Below are positions 52,187 to 61,307 of a DNA stretch of 64,000 nt, piece after piece (positions within the stretch are counted from its first letter, which is position 1; every line of letters starts with the position of its first letter). The notes beneath the pieces are model-generated. The model did not search any database. It was not told the DNA's origin and saw nothing but the letters and a program-made list of their open reading frames with translations. The stretch is taken from positions 22,129 to 86,128 of the forward strand of contig JAGXRP010000006.1 of the NCBI GenBank assembly GCA_018335795.1. Reading direction: 5' to 3'. The stretch comes from Desulfobulbaceae bacterium (GTDB lineage Bacteria > Bacteroidota > Ignavibacteria > Kapaibacteriales > UBA2268). The position numbers were made by a program, and so were the translations under genes.

Positions 52187-52243
52187 CTAAAATTTACTTG
52201 GGCAATATTCGTAAATAGTATAATTGTACTAAATAGGAATGTA

Positions 52244-53242
52244 ATGGAACAGAGAAAAGTGATTTTGAGCGGTGTAACTCCTTCGGGGATACTGACAATC
52301 GGGCATTTGACAGGTGCTTTGACTAATTGGGTCAAATTGCAGAACGAATATGATTGCTATTATATGATTGCCGATTTGCATGCAATCACTGCCAAACAGA
52401 CTCCCGCAGAATTGCGCAAACGCACCTTGGACACCGCAGCGATGTTCATTGCATCGGGTATAGACCCCGTCAATTCAACTTTGTTTATCCAATCTCATGT
52501 GCCTGAACATTCCCAGCTCACTTGGGTCCTCAATACTTTCACGGGTATGGGCGAATGCAGCCGTATGACTCAATTCAAGGACAAATCGCGACAACATTCC
52601 GAAAATATCAACGTTGGGTTGTTCACATATCCTGTGCTAATGGCTGCCGATATTTTGCTCTACCAAGCTGACCTCGTGCCCGTTGGTGAAGACCAGAAGC
52701 AGCATCTCGAGCTTACTCGCAATTTGGCACAAAGGTTCAATCACAATTATTCCGACACATTCAAAGTTCCGGAGCCGTATATCCCCGAAATTGGGGCGCG
52801 AATCATGAGCCTTCAGGAGCCGGAAAAGAAAATGTCCAAGTCCGACCCAATCCAAGGTTCGATAATATTTTTGACCGATACCGATGAGCAGATTGTAGGT
52901 AAAATCAAGCGTGCAGTGACCGATTCGGGCAGCGAAGTCATATTTGATGAGGAAAACAAGCCCGGAGTGGCAAATTTGATGACGCTCTACCACATCGCCA
53001 CAGGCAAGTCAATGAGCGAAATCGAGAGTGAATTCGCGGGAAAAGGCTATGGCGATTTCAAATCTCAAGTTGGCGATTCCGTTGCCGAATTCATCAGCCC
53101 CATTCGCGACCGTTACAACGAATTAATCGCAAATAAGGACGAATTGGCAAAGATACTCATCAGTGGTGGCGAAAAAGCCCGCCACACCGCCTTACGAACT
53201 TTGCGAAAAGTCTATAAAAAGGTCGGTTTCGTGCAGTTTTAA
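52244..53242 (+). CDS. trpS: Tryptophan--tRNA ligase
   Basis: Class I motifs TIGH(L) and KMSKS, 332 aa, with typical TrpRS architecture. Confidence 0.9.
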   Translation: MEQRKVILSGVTPSGILTIGHLTGALTNWVKLQNEYDCYYMIADLHAITAKQTPAELRKRTLDTAAMFIASGIDPVNSTLFIQSHVPEHSQLTWVLNTFTGMGECSRMTQFKDKSRQHSENINVGLFTYPVLMAADILLYQADLVPVGEDQKQHLELTRNLAQRFNHNYSDTFKVPEPYIPEIGARIMSLQEPEKKMSKSDPIQGSIIFLTDTDEQIVGKIKRAVTDSGSEVIFDEENKPGVANLMTLYHIATGKSMSEIESEFAGKGYGDFKSQVGDSVAEFISPIRDRYNELIANKDELAKILISGGEKARHTALRTLRKVYKKVGFVQF

Positions 53243-53466
53243 ATTGTCTGACCATGATTGTCTGAACCATGATTTATGTGATTTGGGAGTATTATTGTCT
53301 GAACTTTGATTTATGTGATTTGTGTGATTAAGATCTTGTCTGAACTATGATTTATGTGATTTTTGTGATTAATATGATAAATATGAATACAATTTCAAAA
53401 AATGTAATCACACAAATCATTCAAATCACAAAAATCATAGTTCAGACAAAAAAACAATGTTCAGAT
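53243..53466. repeat. Structured intergenic repeat array: about 3.5 direct units of TTGTCTGAACnATGATTTATGTGATTT(g/t)TGTGATTAA followed by one inverted unit
   Basis: Units start at 53244 (partial), 53258, 53294 and 53336. An inverted copy lies at 53405-53458. There is a perfect 18-bp inverted repeat, ttgtctgaactatgattt (53337-53354) against aaatcatagttcagacaa (53432-53449). The array fills the whole convergent trpS/hmgA intergenic region. Confidence 0.65.
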
Positions 53467-53469
53467 GTT

Positions 53470-54627
53470 TTACTCTAACCAACTGTACGGATAGGCCGGG
53501 TCTTCGGTCTTTTGAACGTTTGTAGTTGGGAAAAGTGGTTCAAATGTGTCAAGCATGAGGGCGTATTCGTGAGTGAATTTTGCTCCTACACTTGCTTCGG
53601 TCTTGCCGGGTTGAGGTCCGTGAGGAATTCCCAGCGGATGCAGCGTGACAGAACCGGGTCCTACACCTTTTCGGCTCATGAAATCACCCTCTACATAGTA
53701 GAGCACTTCAGCACTGTCAACGTTGGAATGATAATAGGGCGCAGGAATTGCATCTTCGTGCCAATCAAAGGGTCGCGGATTGAAATTGCACAAAACGAAA
53801 TGCTTTGTATGATATAATAAATGTATGGGTGGTGGCAAATGGATTCGACCAACTTTGGGGTTGTAATCCTTGATATTGAACGCAAATGGATATAAGTAGC
53901 CATCCCAACCACCAATGTCGAATGGGTGATGTGGCTGCATATATTCAAAAATACGGTTTCCGGCTTTCATCAAAATTCTAAAATCACCCAAATCGCCTTT
54001 TGGTTCCATGAATTGAGGCATTTTGAAATTGCGCTCTTCGTATGGAGCGTGCTCTTCGAGTTGCCCGTATTCATTTCTGTAGTGACGCGGAATTTCGTAA
54101 GGTGTATCGGATTCGATTACCACAATTTTATTATCATCGAAGCTATCGAAGTGCATTTGATAAATTGTTGCTTGAGGAATGATTATTTGGTCGCCCGCGA
54201 CGAAGGGCAAAGAACCATAATCGGACAATAATACACCGCTGCCCCTATGGATGAAAACATACTCGTGAGCATAAACATTTTTGAAGAAATAATCAGGGTT
54301 CTTTGTCGGCTTTGCAGCATACATTTTACAATGATTGTTCTCGAGATATGATACTCTCGAGTTGAAAAAATCACCTTCTTTTTTCAAAGTATCAGTCAAA
54401 AAATGGAAATGCCTAAGCTCTGCCTCATGCCAAACTTCATCGGCTAACTTGGGCAATTCGGTTATTTTCGTTGCTTTTGTCGGCATATTAAGATGATATT
54501 TATTTGTATAAATGCCCGAAAAGCCCTTAGAACTGACTAATTCCTCACGGTACAAAGTCCCATCGGGTTTGTAGAAAGTAGTGTGCTTTTTCTTGGGTAT
54601 AGAGCCTAATTTATGATAGAATGCCAT
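53470..54627 (-). CDS. hmgA: Homogentisate 1,2-dioxygenase (short FCB-group form)
   Basis: N-terminal MAFYHKLGSIPKKKHTTF, a cupin-type core and a C-terminal HPLGIPHGPQPG region. It is syntenic with hppD. Confidence 0.75.
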   Translation of the reverse strand: MAFYHKLGSIPKKKHTTFYKPDGTLYREELVSSKGFSGIYTNKYHLNMPTKATKITELPKLADEVWHEAELRHFHFLTDTLKKEGDFFNSRVSYLENNHCKMYAAKPTKNPDYFFKNVYAHEYVFIHRGSGVLLSDYGSLPFVAGDQIIIPQATIYQMHFDSFDDNKIVVIESDTPYEIPRHYRNEYGQLEEHAPYEERNFKMPQFMEPKGDLGDFRILMKAGNRIFEYMQPHHPFDIGGWDGYLYPFAFNIKDYNPKVGRIHLPPPIHLLYHTKHFVLCNFNPRPFDWHEDAIPAPYYHSNVDSAEVLYYVEGDFMSRKGVGPGSVTLHPLGIPHGPQPGKTEASVGAKFTHEYALMLDTFEPLFPTTNVQKTEDPAYPYSWLE

Positions 54628-54642
54628 AATGAACCTCGATTT

Positions 54643-55104
54643 TTAGTTGTCGTTATAATTGATGAAAGATTTAATTGAATCGTATTTATTAGTAGTCGGA
54701 TTCAAAACGTAATAGTAGTGTTCGATTCCATTTGTAATGCACAAGTATTTGCTTCCCAATTGCGAATTATAAGTAGCGAGTTGATTAACCGTTAATTGGC
54801 TAAGTTTAATAGAATAAGCCTTGCACTCAACAATTATGTGTGGTTTCGCTGATTTATCATATATTATTATGTCGCATCTTTTGTTCAATTCGCCATACTT
54901 CAAGTTATGTTCAATTTTAGTCCGAGATTTAGGATAGCACAAAGTTTCGTTCAAATATCGAACAAAATTTTGCCTAACCCATTCCTCAGGTGTCAACACA
55001 ATGAACTTGTTGCGAATCGTATCATAAATCTTCAAAATACCATCTGAATCATCAAATTTGAATTGAAAATTCGGAAGATTCAATCTTTCTAATTCAACAT
55101 ACAT
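54643..55104 (-). CDS. Type I restriction enzyme HsdR N-terminal-domain (PD-(D/E)xK nuclease-like) small protein
   Basis: 153 aa. The PD-(D/E)xK-like core is CDIIIYD…IIVECKAY. This is the standalone HSDR_N family common in Bacteroidota. It sits between hppD and hmgA. Confidence 0.5.
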   Translation of the reverse strand: MYVELERLNLPNFQFKFDDSDGILKIYDTIRNKFIVLTPEEWVRQNFVRYLNETLCYPKSRTKIEHNLKYGELNKRCDIIIYDKSAKPHIIVECKAYSIKLSQLTVNQLATYNSQLGSKYLCITNGIEHYYYVLNPTTNKYDSIKSFINYNDN

Positions 55105-55122
55105 ATATAATATAATGACTCA

Positions 55123-56292
55123 CTATAAATTGCCTCTTCTGGCTTGTTCTCTTTCGATAGCTTCAAACAATGCGAGGAAATTACCTTGCCCGAATCCTGA
55201 AGCTCCTTTTCTACGTTGAATAATCTCGTAGAAAAACGTTGGGCGGTCAAATATCGGCTTGGTGAAAAGCTGGAGCAAATAGCCGCCACTCGAGATTTCG
55301 ATATCGCACAATATACCGAGACGTGCGAGTTCGTCAATATCCTCAGTCACCAAACCACCTCTTTCTTCACTGCGGCGTTTGATGTCATCGTAATAAGTTT
55401 TAGGTGGCGCATCTAAGAATTCAATTCCATTAGCACGCAAATTCGCAACTGTTTCGATTATATTCGTTGTAGCAAGTGCCACATGCTGAATGCCCGAACC
55501 GTGATATTGCTGAGTATATTCTTCAATTTGTGATTGGCGCTCTGCATCGAATGGCTCGTTTATCGGATTTTGGATAACAGAATCCTTAGAACGGACAACT
55601 TTGGACAATAATGCGGAATATTTTGTCGAAATATCGCCGGGACCAAAAAATATGAATGTCTCAAAATCTAAAGAGCGATTGATGTAGTTCTCCCAGTAAT
55701 CCATTTCGTTTACATGAACATTGCCGACGATATGGTCTATGATTTTAAGATTGGATTCTTCGCGTCTGATTTCGAAGTTATAGAATGGTTCTTCAAATCC
55801 GGGCTTAAACAGACCTTTGTAATGGTCATAGTTGATGAAATTGATTTCGGTATCATCATATAACCTAATTGCAGCTTGCTCTACAAAGCCGTCTTTGTCC
55901 TCAAGGCGATATGGTTTCGTGACAGGAACAGCACCATTTTTGATTGCTTTGCTATAGGTTTCGTTAACATTTACAACTTCAACACACCAACGTTTGACGC
56001 CGTCACCATGCTTGTGGATGAATGATTGGACATCATAAGTTGAAGGCTGAATAGCCGAAGTTATCATAATCTTCATATTATGCTTATTCGACAACAAGTA
56101 CGATACACGGTCGCGAGTTCCGGTTTCAGGACCTTGATAAGCTACAATGTTGAGACCTAATGCTTTAGCGTGCCAAAAAGCAACTTGCTTTGCCGAACCG
56201 ACGTAAAATTCTATATAGTCGTATCCTCTGATTCCCATTGAATTCTGGGGAATTTTGCTTGGTACTCCGCCATAACAAATATCCATTTCCAT
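55123..56292 (-). CDS. hppD: 4-hydroxyphenylpyruvate dioxygenase
   Basis: Two VOC/glyoxalase-fold modules, a C-terminal HVAL…EIIQRRKGASGFGQGNFLALFEAIEREQ signature, and Fe ligands His/His/Glu in context. Confidence 0.85.
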   Translation of the reverse strand: MEMDICYGGVPSKIPQNSMGIRGYDYIEFYVGSAKQVAFWHAKALGLNIVAYQGPETGTRDRVSYLLSNKHNMKIMITSAIQPSTYDVQSFIHKHGDGVKRWCVEVVNVNETYSKAIKNGAVPVTKPYRLEDKDGFVEQAAIRLYDDTEINFINYDHYKGLFKPGFEEPFYNFEIRREESNLKIIDHIVGNVHVNEMDYWENYINRSLDFETFIFFGPGDISTKYSALLSKVVRSKDSVIQNPINEPFDAERQSQIEEYTQQYHGSGIQHVALATTNIIETVANLRANGIEFLDAPPKTYYDDIKRRSEERGGLVTEDIDELARLGILCDIEISSGGYLLQLFTKPIFDRPTFFYEIIQRRKGASGFGQGNFLALFEAIEREQARRGNL

Positions 56293-56443
56293 AATTTTTC
56301 TCCTAACATTGCTAAAATTTATTTACGCAAATCTAATAATTATTTTCGACGTAACTGAATCAAAAAAACTTTATAGACAAAAAAAAAGGCAACCCTAAGC
56401 AGGGTCACCGTACATGGCTGTGACTTAAAAAATAAGTCAGTTA

Positions 56444-56659
56444 TTAGTTACGTATTGGTTCTAAATCGTTATCGGGTTCTACGACATCAATTTGACCTTC
56501 ATATAGCTCAAGAATTTGATTTTCAAGAACGGGGTCTTGTTGAACAGATTGAATGATTGGTTGATTAATCTGAATTATTTGTTCTACCTCGGTTGTAGTA
56601 TAAGTTACACCGGATACCAGAATATGAAAATACCACAGAATCGCAATGAAAATTTCCAT
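56444..56659 (-). CDS. Hypothetical small membrane-anchored protein
   Basis: 71 aa with an N-terminal TM helix (IFIAILWYFHILVSGV) and an acidic C-terminus. No homolog is recognised. Confidence 0.3.
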   Translation of the reverse strand: MEIFIAILWYFHILVSGVTYTTTEVEQIIQINQPIIQSVQQDPVLENQILELYEGQIDVVEPDNDLEPIRN

Positions 56660-57049
56660 TTTATTACTCCATAAATAAATTATTTAAAAAAAATACTATA
56701 TAAAAAAGTGTTGAAGGTTGCCACAGCCATTGTCCTTGTGACACACCCAAACAACTTTGGTTTTCAAATAAGTGCATCCTGCATTTCAGTTCATCCTTTT
56801 AAATTTCACATGACTAATGACAAAGTAAATGCCATTACGAGTTACTATCCTCTATTTGACTTCAAGAAAGTTAGTTTACAATTATATTATTTTAATTACA
56901 TCAGCCATAAATGCGGCTTTGAGACAATTCATTTAATCATTTGTAGATAGATTTGAAAAAATATGTATTGGAAATCAAAAAATCTTCATTAAATTTGCTG
57001 AAGAAATTTAGACATTTTGCAATAAATAGGTGAATATTAGCATTCAGAT

Positions 57050-59275
57050 ATGAAACAACTTCTAACACTATTCAACCCAATTATACTAATTCTAACTCTA
57101 TTGTTATGTACTGTTTCTGTTTTTAGTTATGAGAATCCACCAAGCGACACGGATAATGTAGAAAATTTTCTATTTGCTTTACCAGATGACCAGAAAGCTA
57201 CAAAATTGAATCAATTAGCAGCTGAAGTCGTATCCAAAGACCCTCAAAAAGCTATCAATTACTCAAATAGAGCGCTAAAAATAGCTTTACAGAAGAATTA
57301 TTTGACTGAAATAGCCAATGCTTACAGCAATATCGGTTTGGCTTATGATTACATTGGTGATTACGAAATAGCATTAGAAAATCATGTTGAAGCCCATAGA
57401 ATTAGGGAAATACAAAAAGATAAAGTCGGTATGGCTCAATCATTGAATAATATCGGAGTCATCTATTTCAATATCAAAGCATATCATGAGGCAAAAGAGT
57501 TTTACGAAAGAGCGCTAAATCTTAGAATTGCAATTGGAGATACAAATCAAATTTACAAATCTCTAAATAATATGGGTTTGGTGACCTTCAATGTTGGTGA
57601 GTTCAGCAAATCGCTTGAATACTACTTTGAGATGTTGAAAATTGTTGAGAGTAAAACAGATAGTAGCGAGTATGCTAATATTAATAATAAAATCGCAATG
57701 GTATATTATGCACTCAAAATGTATGATGAAGCATTGAATTTTTACCAAAAAGCGATAGAATTGAGTAGTTCGCTTAACAACAAAGCTGAATTAGCGCGTT
57801 CTTTGACAAATATTGGCAATATATATTTTGAGACAAATCGATTTAAAGAAGCTCTGACTTCTTATGAAAAGGCACTTATCATACGCGATGAAAGTAAAGA
57901 TAAAAAAGGTATTGGTATTCTGCAGAACAACATCGGGATGATTCATAAACAAATGGGAAATTACCCCAAAGCACTTGATTACTGTACACGTTCAATAGCT
58001 ACGAGATTGGAAATTGCAGATAGCTCCGGTGTTTTTCATCCTCTTACCACCAAAGCTCAAATATTTATCTTATTGAAAAATTATGATGATGCTTTAAATA
58101 ATCTCAGTTTGGCAAATGAAATTGCAAACAATTTAGGCGATAAAAAGCAATTGTTGATTGTATATGAAATATACCATGATTTGTACAGAGAAATAGGCAA
58201 CTACCGAACTGCATTGGATTATTACAAGTTGTATTCGAGTACAAAAGACAGTCTGATAAACGAAGAGAGTAATAAGAGGATAGCCGAATTGAAGATTTCG
58301 TATGATGTTGACAAAAAGGAAAAAGAAAATATCATGTTGCGTCAACAGAATGAAAGCCAGCGTCGTATCAACGAAATTCAGAAGACATCTTTCATATTGA
58401 TTACCTTTCTGATTTTCGTTCTTCTTATAATGTTCTATTTCCGATACAAAACAAATCAACGTACAAACAATCTTTTACGAACAAAGAATCAAACGATTTC
58501 CGAACAAACTGAAAAGTTGCAAGAAATCCTCAAAGATTTACGAGAGAATGAAAAACAACTAATTGAATCTAATGCAACCAAGGATAAATTCTTTACTATT
58601 ATCGCTCATGATTTGAAAAATCCTCTTCACGCAATTGTACTATCATCGGACACAATCAAAACTAAGTTTAAGATGATGACTGAACAACAGCATGTCGATT
58701 TGATAAGCCAAATCAACAAAGCCGGGTTGCATTTGTCGAATTTGTTAGAGAATTTACTTTTCTGGTCGAAAGCACAAAGTGGCGCAATGAAGCCCGAACG
58801 CCAAATGATTGATTTGTCATATTTAGTTGCGGAAAATGTTAAGTTGCTTTCGGAATCAGCAAAAAACAAAGGAATTTCCATCCAATTCGGCAACGGTGGC
58901 TCTGCTTATGCTTATGCTGACCCGAATATGATAAACACAGTAATTCGCAACTTAATGTCTAACGCAATAAAATTCACATCGAAGGGTGGAGAAGTTACTT
59001 TGAGCACTCGAATCAATGCCGAATATTGCGAACTAAAAGTCAAAGATACCGGAGTAGGTATAAGCGAAGAAGATCTGAAAAAACTATTCAGAATTGATGT
59101 CCATTATTCTACTTTCGGCACTTCAAGAGAGAAAGGCACCGGACTTGGGCTAATATTGTGCAGAGAATTCATGGAAATGAATCATGGTTCGATTGAAGCC
59201 CAAAGTTCAATTGGCAAGGGCACCGAATTAACTATCAAAATCCCTCTCAAACCCTCAAAACCACAATCTGATTAG
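57050..59275 (+). CDS. TPR-repeat sensor histidine kinase (periplasmic TPR array - TM - HisKA - HATPase_c)
   Basis: Signal peptide, about 8 TPR-like repeats (…AYSNIGLAYDYIGDYEIALE…), a TM helix (FILITFLIFVLLIMFYF), an H-box FFTIIAHDLKNPLHAI, and N, G1 and G2 boxes (VIRNLMSNAIKF, DTGVGI, GTGLGL). Confidence 0.8.
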   Translation: MKQLLTLFNPIILILTLLLCTVSVFSYENPPSDTDNVENFLFALPDDQKATKLNQLAAEVVSKDPQKAINYSNRALKIALQKNYLTEIANAYSNIGLAYDYIGDYEIALENHVEAHRIREIQKDKVGMAQSLNNIGVIYFNIKAYHEAKEFYERALNLRIAIGDTNQIYKSLNNMGLVTFNVGEFSKSLEYYFEMLKIVESKTDSSEYANINNKIAMVYYALKMYDEALNFYQKAIELSSSLNNKAELARSLTNIGNIYFETNRFKEALTSYEKALIIRDESKDKKGIGILQNNIGMIHKQMGNYPKALDYCTRSIATRLEIADSSGVFHPLTTKAQIFILLKNYDDALNNLSLANEIANNLGDKKQLLIVYEIYHDLYREIGNYRTALDYYKLYSSTKDSLINEESNKRIAELKISYDVDKKEKENIMLRQQNESQRRINEIQKTSFILITFLIFVLLIMFYFRYKTNQRTNNLLRTKNQTISEQTEKLQEILKDLRENEKQLIESNATKDKFFTIIAHDLKNPLHAIVLSSDTIKTKFKMMTEQQHVDLISQINKAGLHLSNLLENLLFWSKAQSGAMKPERQMIDLSYLVAENVKLLSESAKNKGISIQFGNGGSAYAYADPNMINTVIRNLMSNAIKFTSKGGEVTLSTRINAEYCELKVKDTGVGISEEDLKKLFRIDVHYSTFGTSREKGTGLGLILCREFMEMNHGSIEAQSSIGKGTELTIKIPLKPSKPQSD

Positions 59276-59345
59276 ACTGCAAATTATTCCTTTTCAATAC
59301 TCAGTATCGTTTCACGTCATTCAAAACGTTAAACTATTGTGAGAA

Positions 59346-61307
59346 ATGATGAAAAAGCAAGCTTTGTGGACACCTGCTCTTGATAATATAAATGAATCCA
59401 ATATGACCCAATTCATAAATTTCGTTAATTTGAAATATGGATTAAAACTCTGCAATTATGATGAACTTTACGATTGGTCAATAAAATACATTGCCAATTT
59501 TTGGGAAGATATTTGGCAATTTATGGATGTAATTTACGAGCAACCCTACAAAAGTGTGATTTCAAAAGTCAATTCTTCACTTCCTGATTCGGATATTCGA
59601 AACTACAGATGGTTTAAAGGTGCAACATTAAACTTTGCCGAAAATTTACTCAAATTCCGAGATAGTGAATTGGCAATTGCGTATTATTCTGAGAACGCCA
59701 AACCAATTTATATGACTTATGGTGAATTGTATGAGAAGACTGCGAAATGTGCATTAGGGCTAAAATCATTGGGCGTAGCCAAGGGGGACAGGGTCGCCGG
59801 TTATATCAACAACAATCCACAAGCAATTATTGCAATGCTTGCAACAATTTCTATTGGCGCAATTTGGACCTCCACTTCGCCTGATTTTGGAGTGAACGGG
59901 GTAGTTGACAGGTTTTCACAAGTTGAACCCAAAGTCTTGATTGCAGTTGATGGATATAAATATAACGGAAAAACAATTTCATTAAATGAAAAACTGCAAG
60001 AAATACTTACAAAACTTGAAAAAACGAAAAAAATTGTTATCATAAATCAAATTAATGCCGAAATCAATAGCATTGACTATACCTCATGGGACAAGCTACT
60101 CGAAAATAAAGCAAGCGAAATTGAATTTGAGATGTCCGATTTTGACCATCCAATATATTTAATGTATTCATCCGGTACAACGGGCGTACCGAAATGTATC
60201 GTACATGGAGCCGGCGGCACTTTGCTGCAGCATATGAAGGAATTAGTGCTCCATACAAATTTGACTGATATGGATAAGATTTTCTATTTCACGACTTGCG
60301 GTTGGATGATGTGGAATTGGCTTGTAAGTTCATTGAGTGTAGGTGCTACAGTTGTACTTTATGACGGCAGTCCCTCCTATACTGATTTGGGTGTTCTATG
60401 GAAAATGGCGCAAGACGAAGGCATTACAGTTTTTGGGACAAGCCCTAAATTTTTAAGTGCATGCCAAAAAGCAGGAATCAACCCTGAAAGTAGTTTTGAA
60501 TTATCAGAGTTGAAAACAATTTTATCAACTGGTTCGCCACTTTCTAAAGATAATTTTGAGTGGGTTTACGAAAATGTCAAATCTGACGTGCGTTTGTCGT
60601 CAATTTCGGGTGGGACAGACATTATTTCATGCTTCATGTTAGGTAATCCAAATTTGCCTGTTTATTCGGAAGAAATTCAATGTCGTGGATTAGGTATGAA
60701 AGTAGAATCGTGGGACGAGAACGGCAAAGCTGTTTTGGATAGCAAAGGTGAGCTTGTTTGTACGGCTCCATTTCCGTCCATGCCGATTTATTTTTGGAAT
60801 GATATTGATGATGAGAAATACGAAGCTGCCTACTTTGAAAAGTTCCCGGGAGTTTGGCATCACGGCGATTTTATCACAATTACTGAGAACGGCGGAATCA
60901 TTGTTCATGGCAGGTCAGACGCTACTTTAAATCCCGGAGGAGTTCGCATAGGAACAGCAGAAATTTATAGAATTGTAGAAGCAATGGATGAAATTTCTGA
61001 TTCAATTGTAATCGGGCTACCGATTGAGAATGATGTTGAAATTGTACTTTTTGTTGTGCTGAAAAACGATGCTGAATTGACAGATGAATTGGGTAAAAAG
61101 ATTAAAAACGAAATCAAAAGCAATTTAACTCCGCGTCATATGCCCAAAACTATTCATCAAATATCTGAAGTACCCGTCACTTTGAACGGGAAAAAAGTAG
61201 AACTTGCAGTTCTCAACATACTTACGGGTGTTGAAGTCAAAAATAAGACTTCAATAGCAAATCCGGATTCACTTTTGCAATTTGAAAAAATAAAGACTTT
61301 AGTCTGA
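59346..61307 (+). CDS. aacS: Acetoacetyl-CoA synthetase (acetoacetate--CoA ligase)
   Basis: Characteristic N-terminus (…[21 protein letters not shown]…YDELYDWSI…FW), an AMP-binding motif [14 protein letters not shown], and a length of 653 aa. Confidence 0.8.
   Translation: MMKKQALWTPALDNINESNMTQFINFVNLKYGLKLCNYDELYDWSIKYIANFWEDIWQFMDVIYEQPYKSVISKVNSSLPDSDIRNYRWFKGATLNFAENLLKFRDSELAIAYYSENAKPIYMTYGELYEKTAKCALGLKSLGVAKGDRVAGYINNNPQAIIAMLATISIGAIWTSTSPDFGVNGVVDRFSQVEPKVLIAVDGYKYNGKTISLNEKLQEILTKLEKTKKIVIINQINAEINSIDYTSWDKLLENKASEIEFEMSDFDHPIYLMYSSGTTGVPKCIVHGAGGTLLQHMKELVLHTNLTDMDKIFYFTTCGWMMWNWLVSSLSVGATVVLYDGSPSYTDLGVLWKMAQDEGITVFGTSPKFLSACQKAGINPESSFELSELKTILSTGSPLSKDNFEWVYENVKSDVRLSSISGGTDIISCFMLGNPNLPVYSEEIQCRGLGMKVESWDENGKAVLDSKGELVCTAPFPSMPIYFWNDIDDEKYEAAYFEKFPGVWHHGDFITITENGGIIVHGRSDATLNPGGVRIGTAEIYRIVEAMDEISDSIVIGLPIENDVEIVLFVVLKNDAELTDELGKKIKNEIKSNLTPRHMPKTIHQISEVPVTLNGKKVELAVLNILTGVEVKNKTSIANPDSLLQFEKIKTLV

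Noticed and set aside
53243-53466. Possible CRISPR array, because of regularly spaced ~27-bp direct repeats
   Set aside because: Spacers are only 9-15 nt and partly repeat-derived. One unit is inverted. No cas genes or leader are present. This is a tandem/inverted intergenic repeat, not CRISPR.
55089-55337. 82-aa ORF overlapping the hppD 3' region and the HsdR-N gene start
   Set aside because: It overlaps two supported genes and its sequence is featureless. It is likely spurious.
56400-56445. Possible hairpins (TGACTTAaaaaaTAAGTCA; GGCAACCCTaagcAGGGTCACC) between the 71-aa ORF and hppD
   Set aside because: Stems are short (5-7 bp) and not followed by a convincing U-tract on the relevant strand. 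This is noted only as a weak terminator candidate.
56708-56950. 80-aa ORF in the 390-bp AT-rich spacer upstream of the TPR histidine kinase
   Set aside because: No RBS and no recognisable motifs. It most likely sits in the kinase promoter/leader region rather than being a gene.
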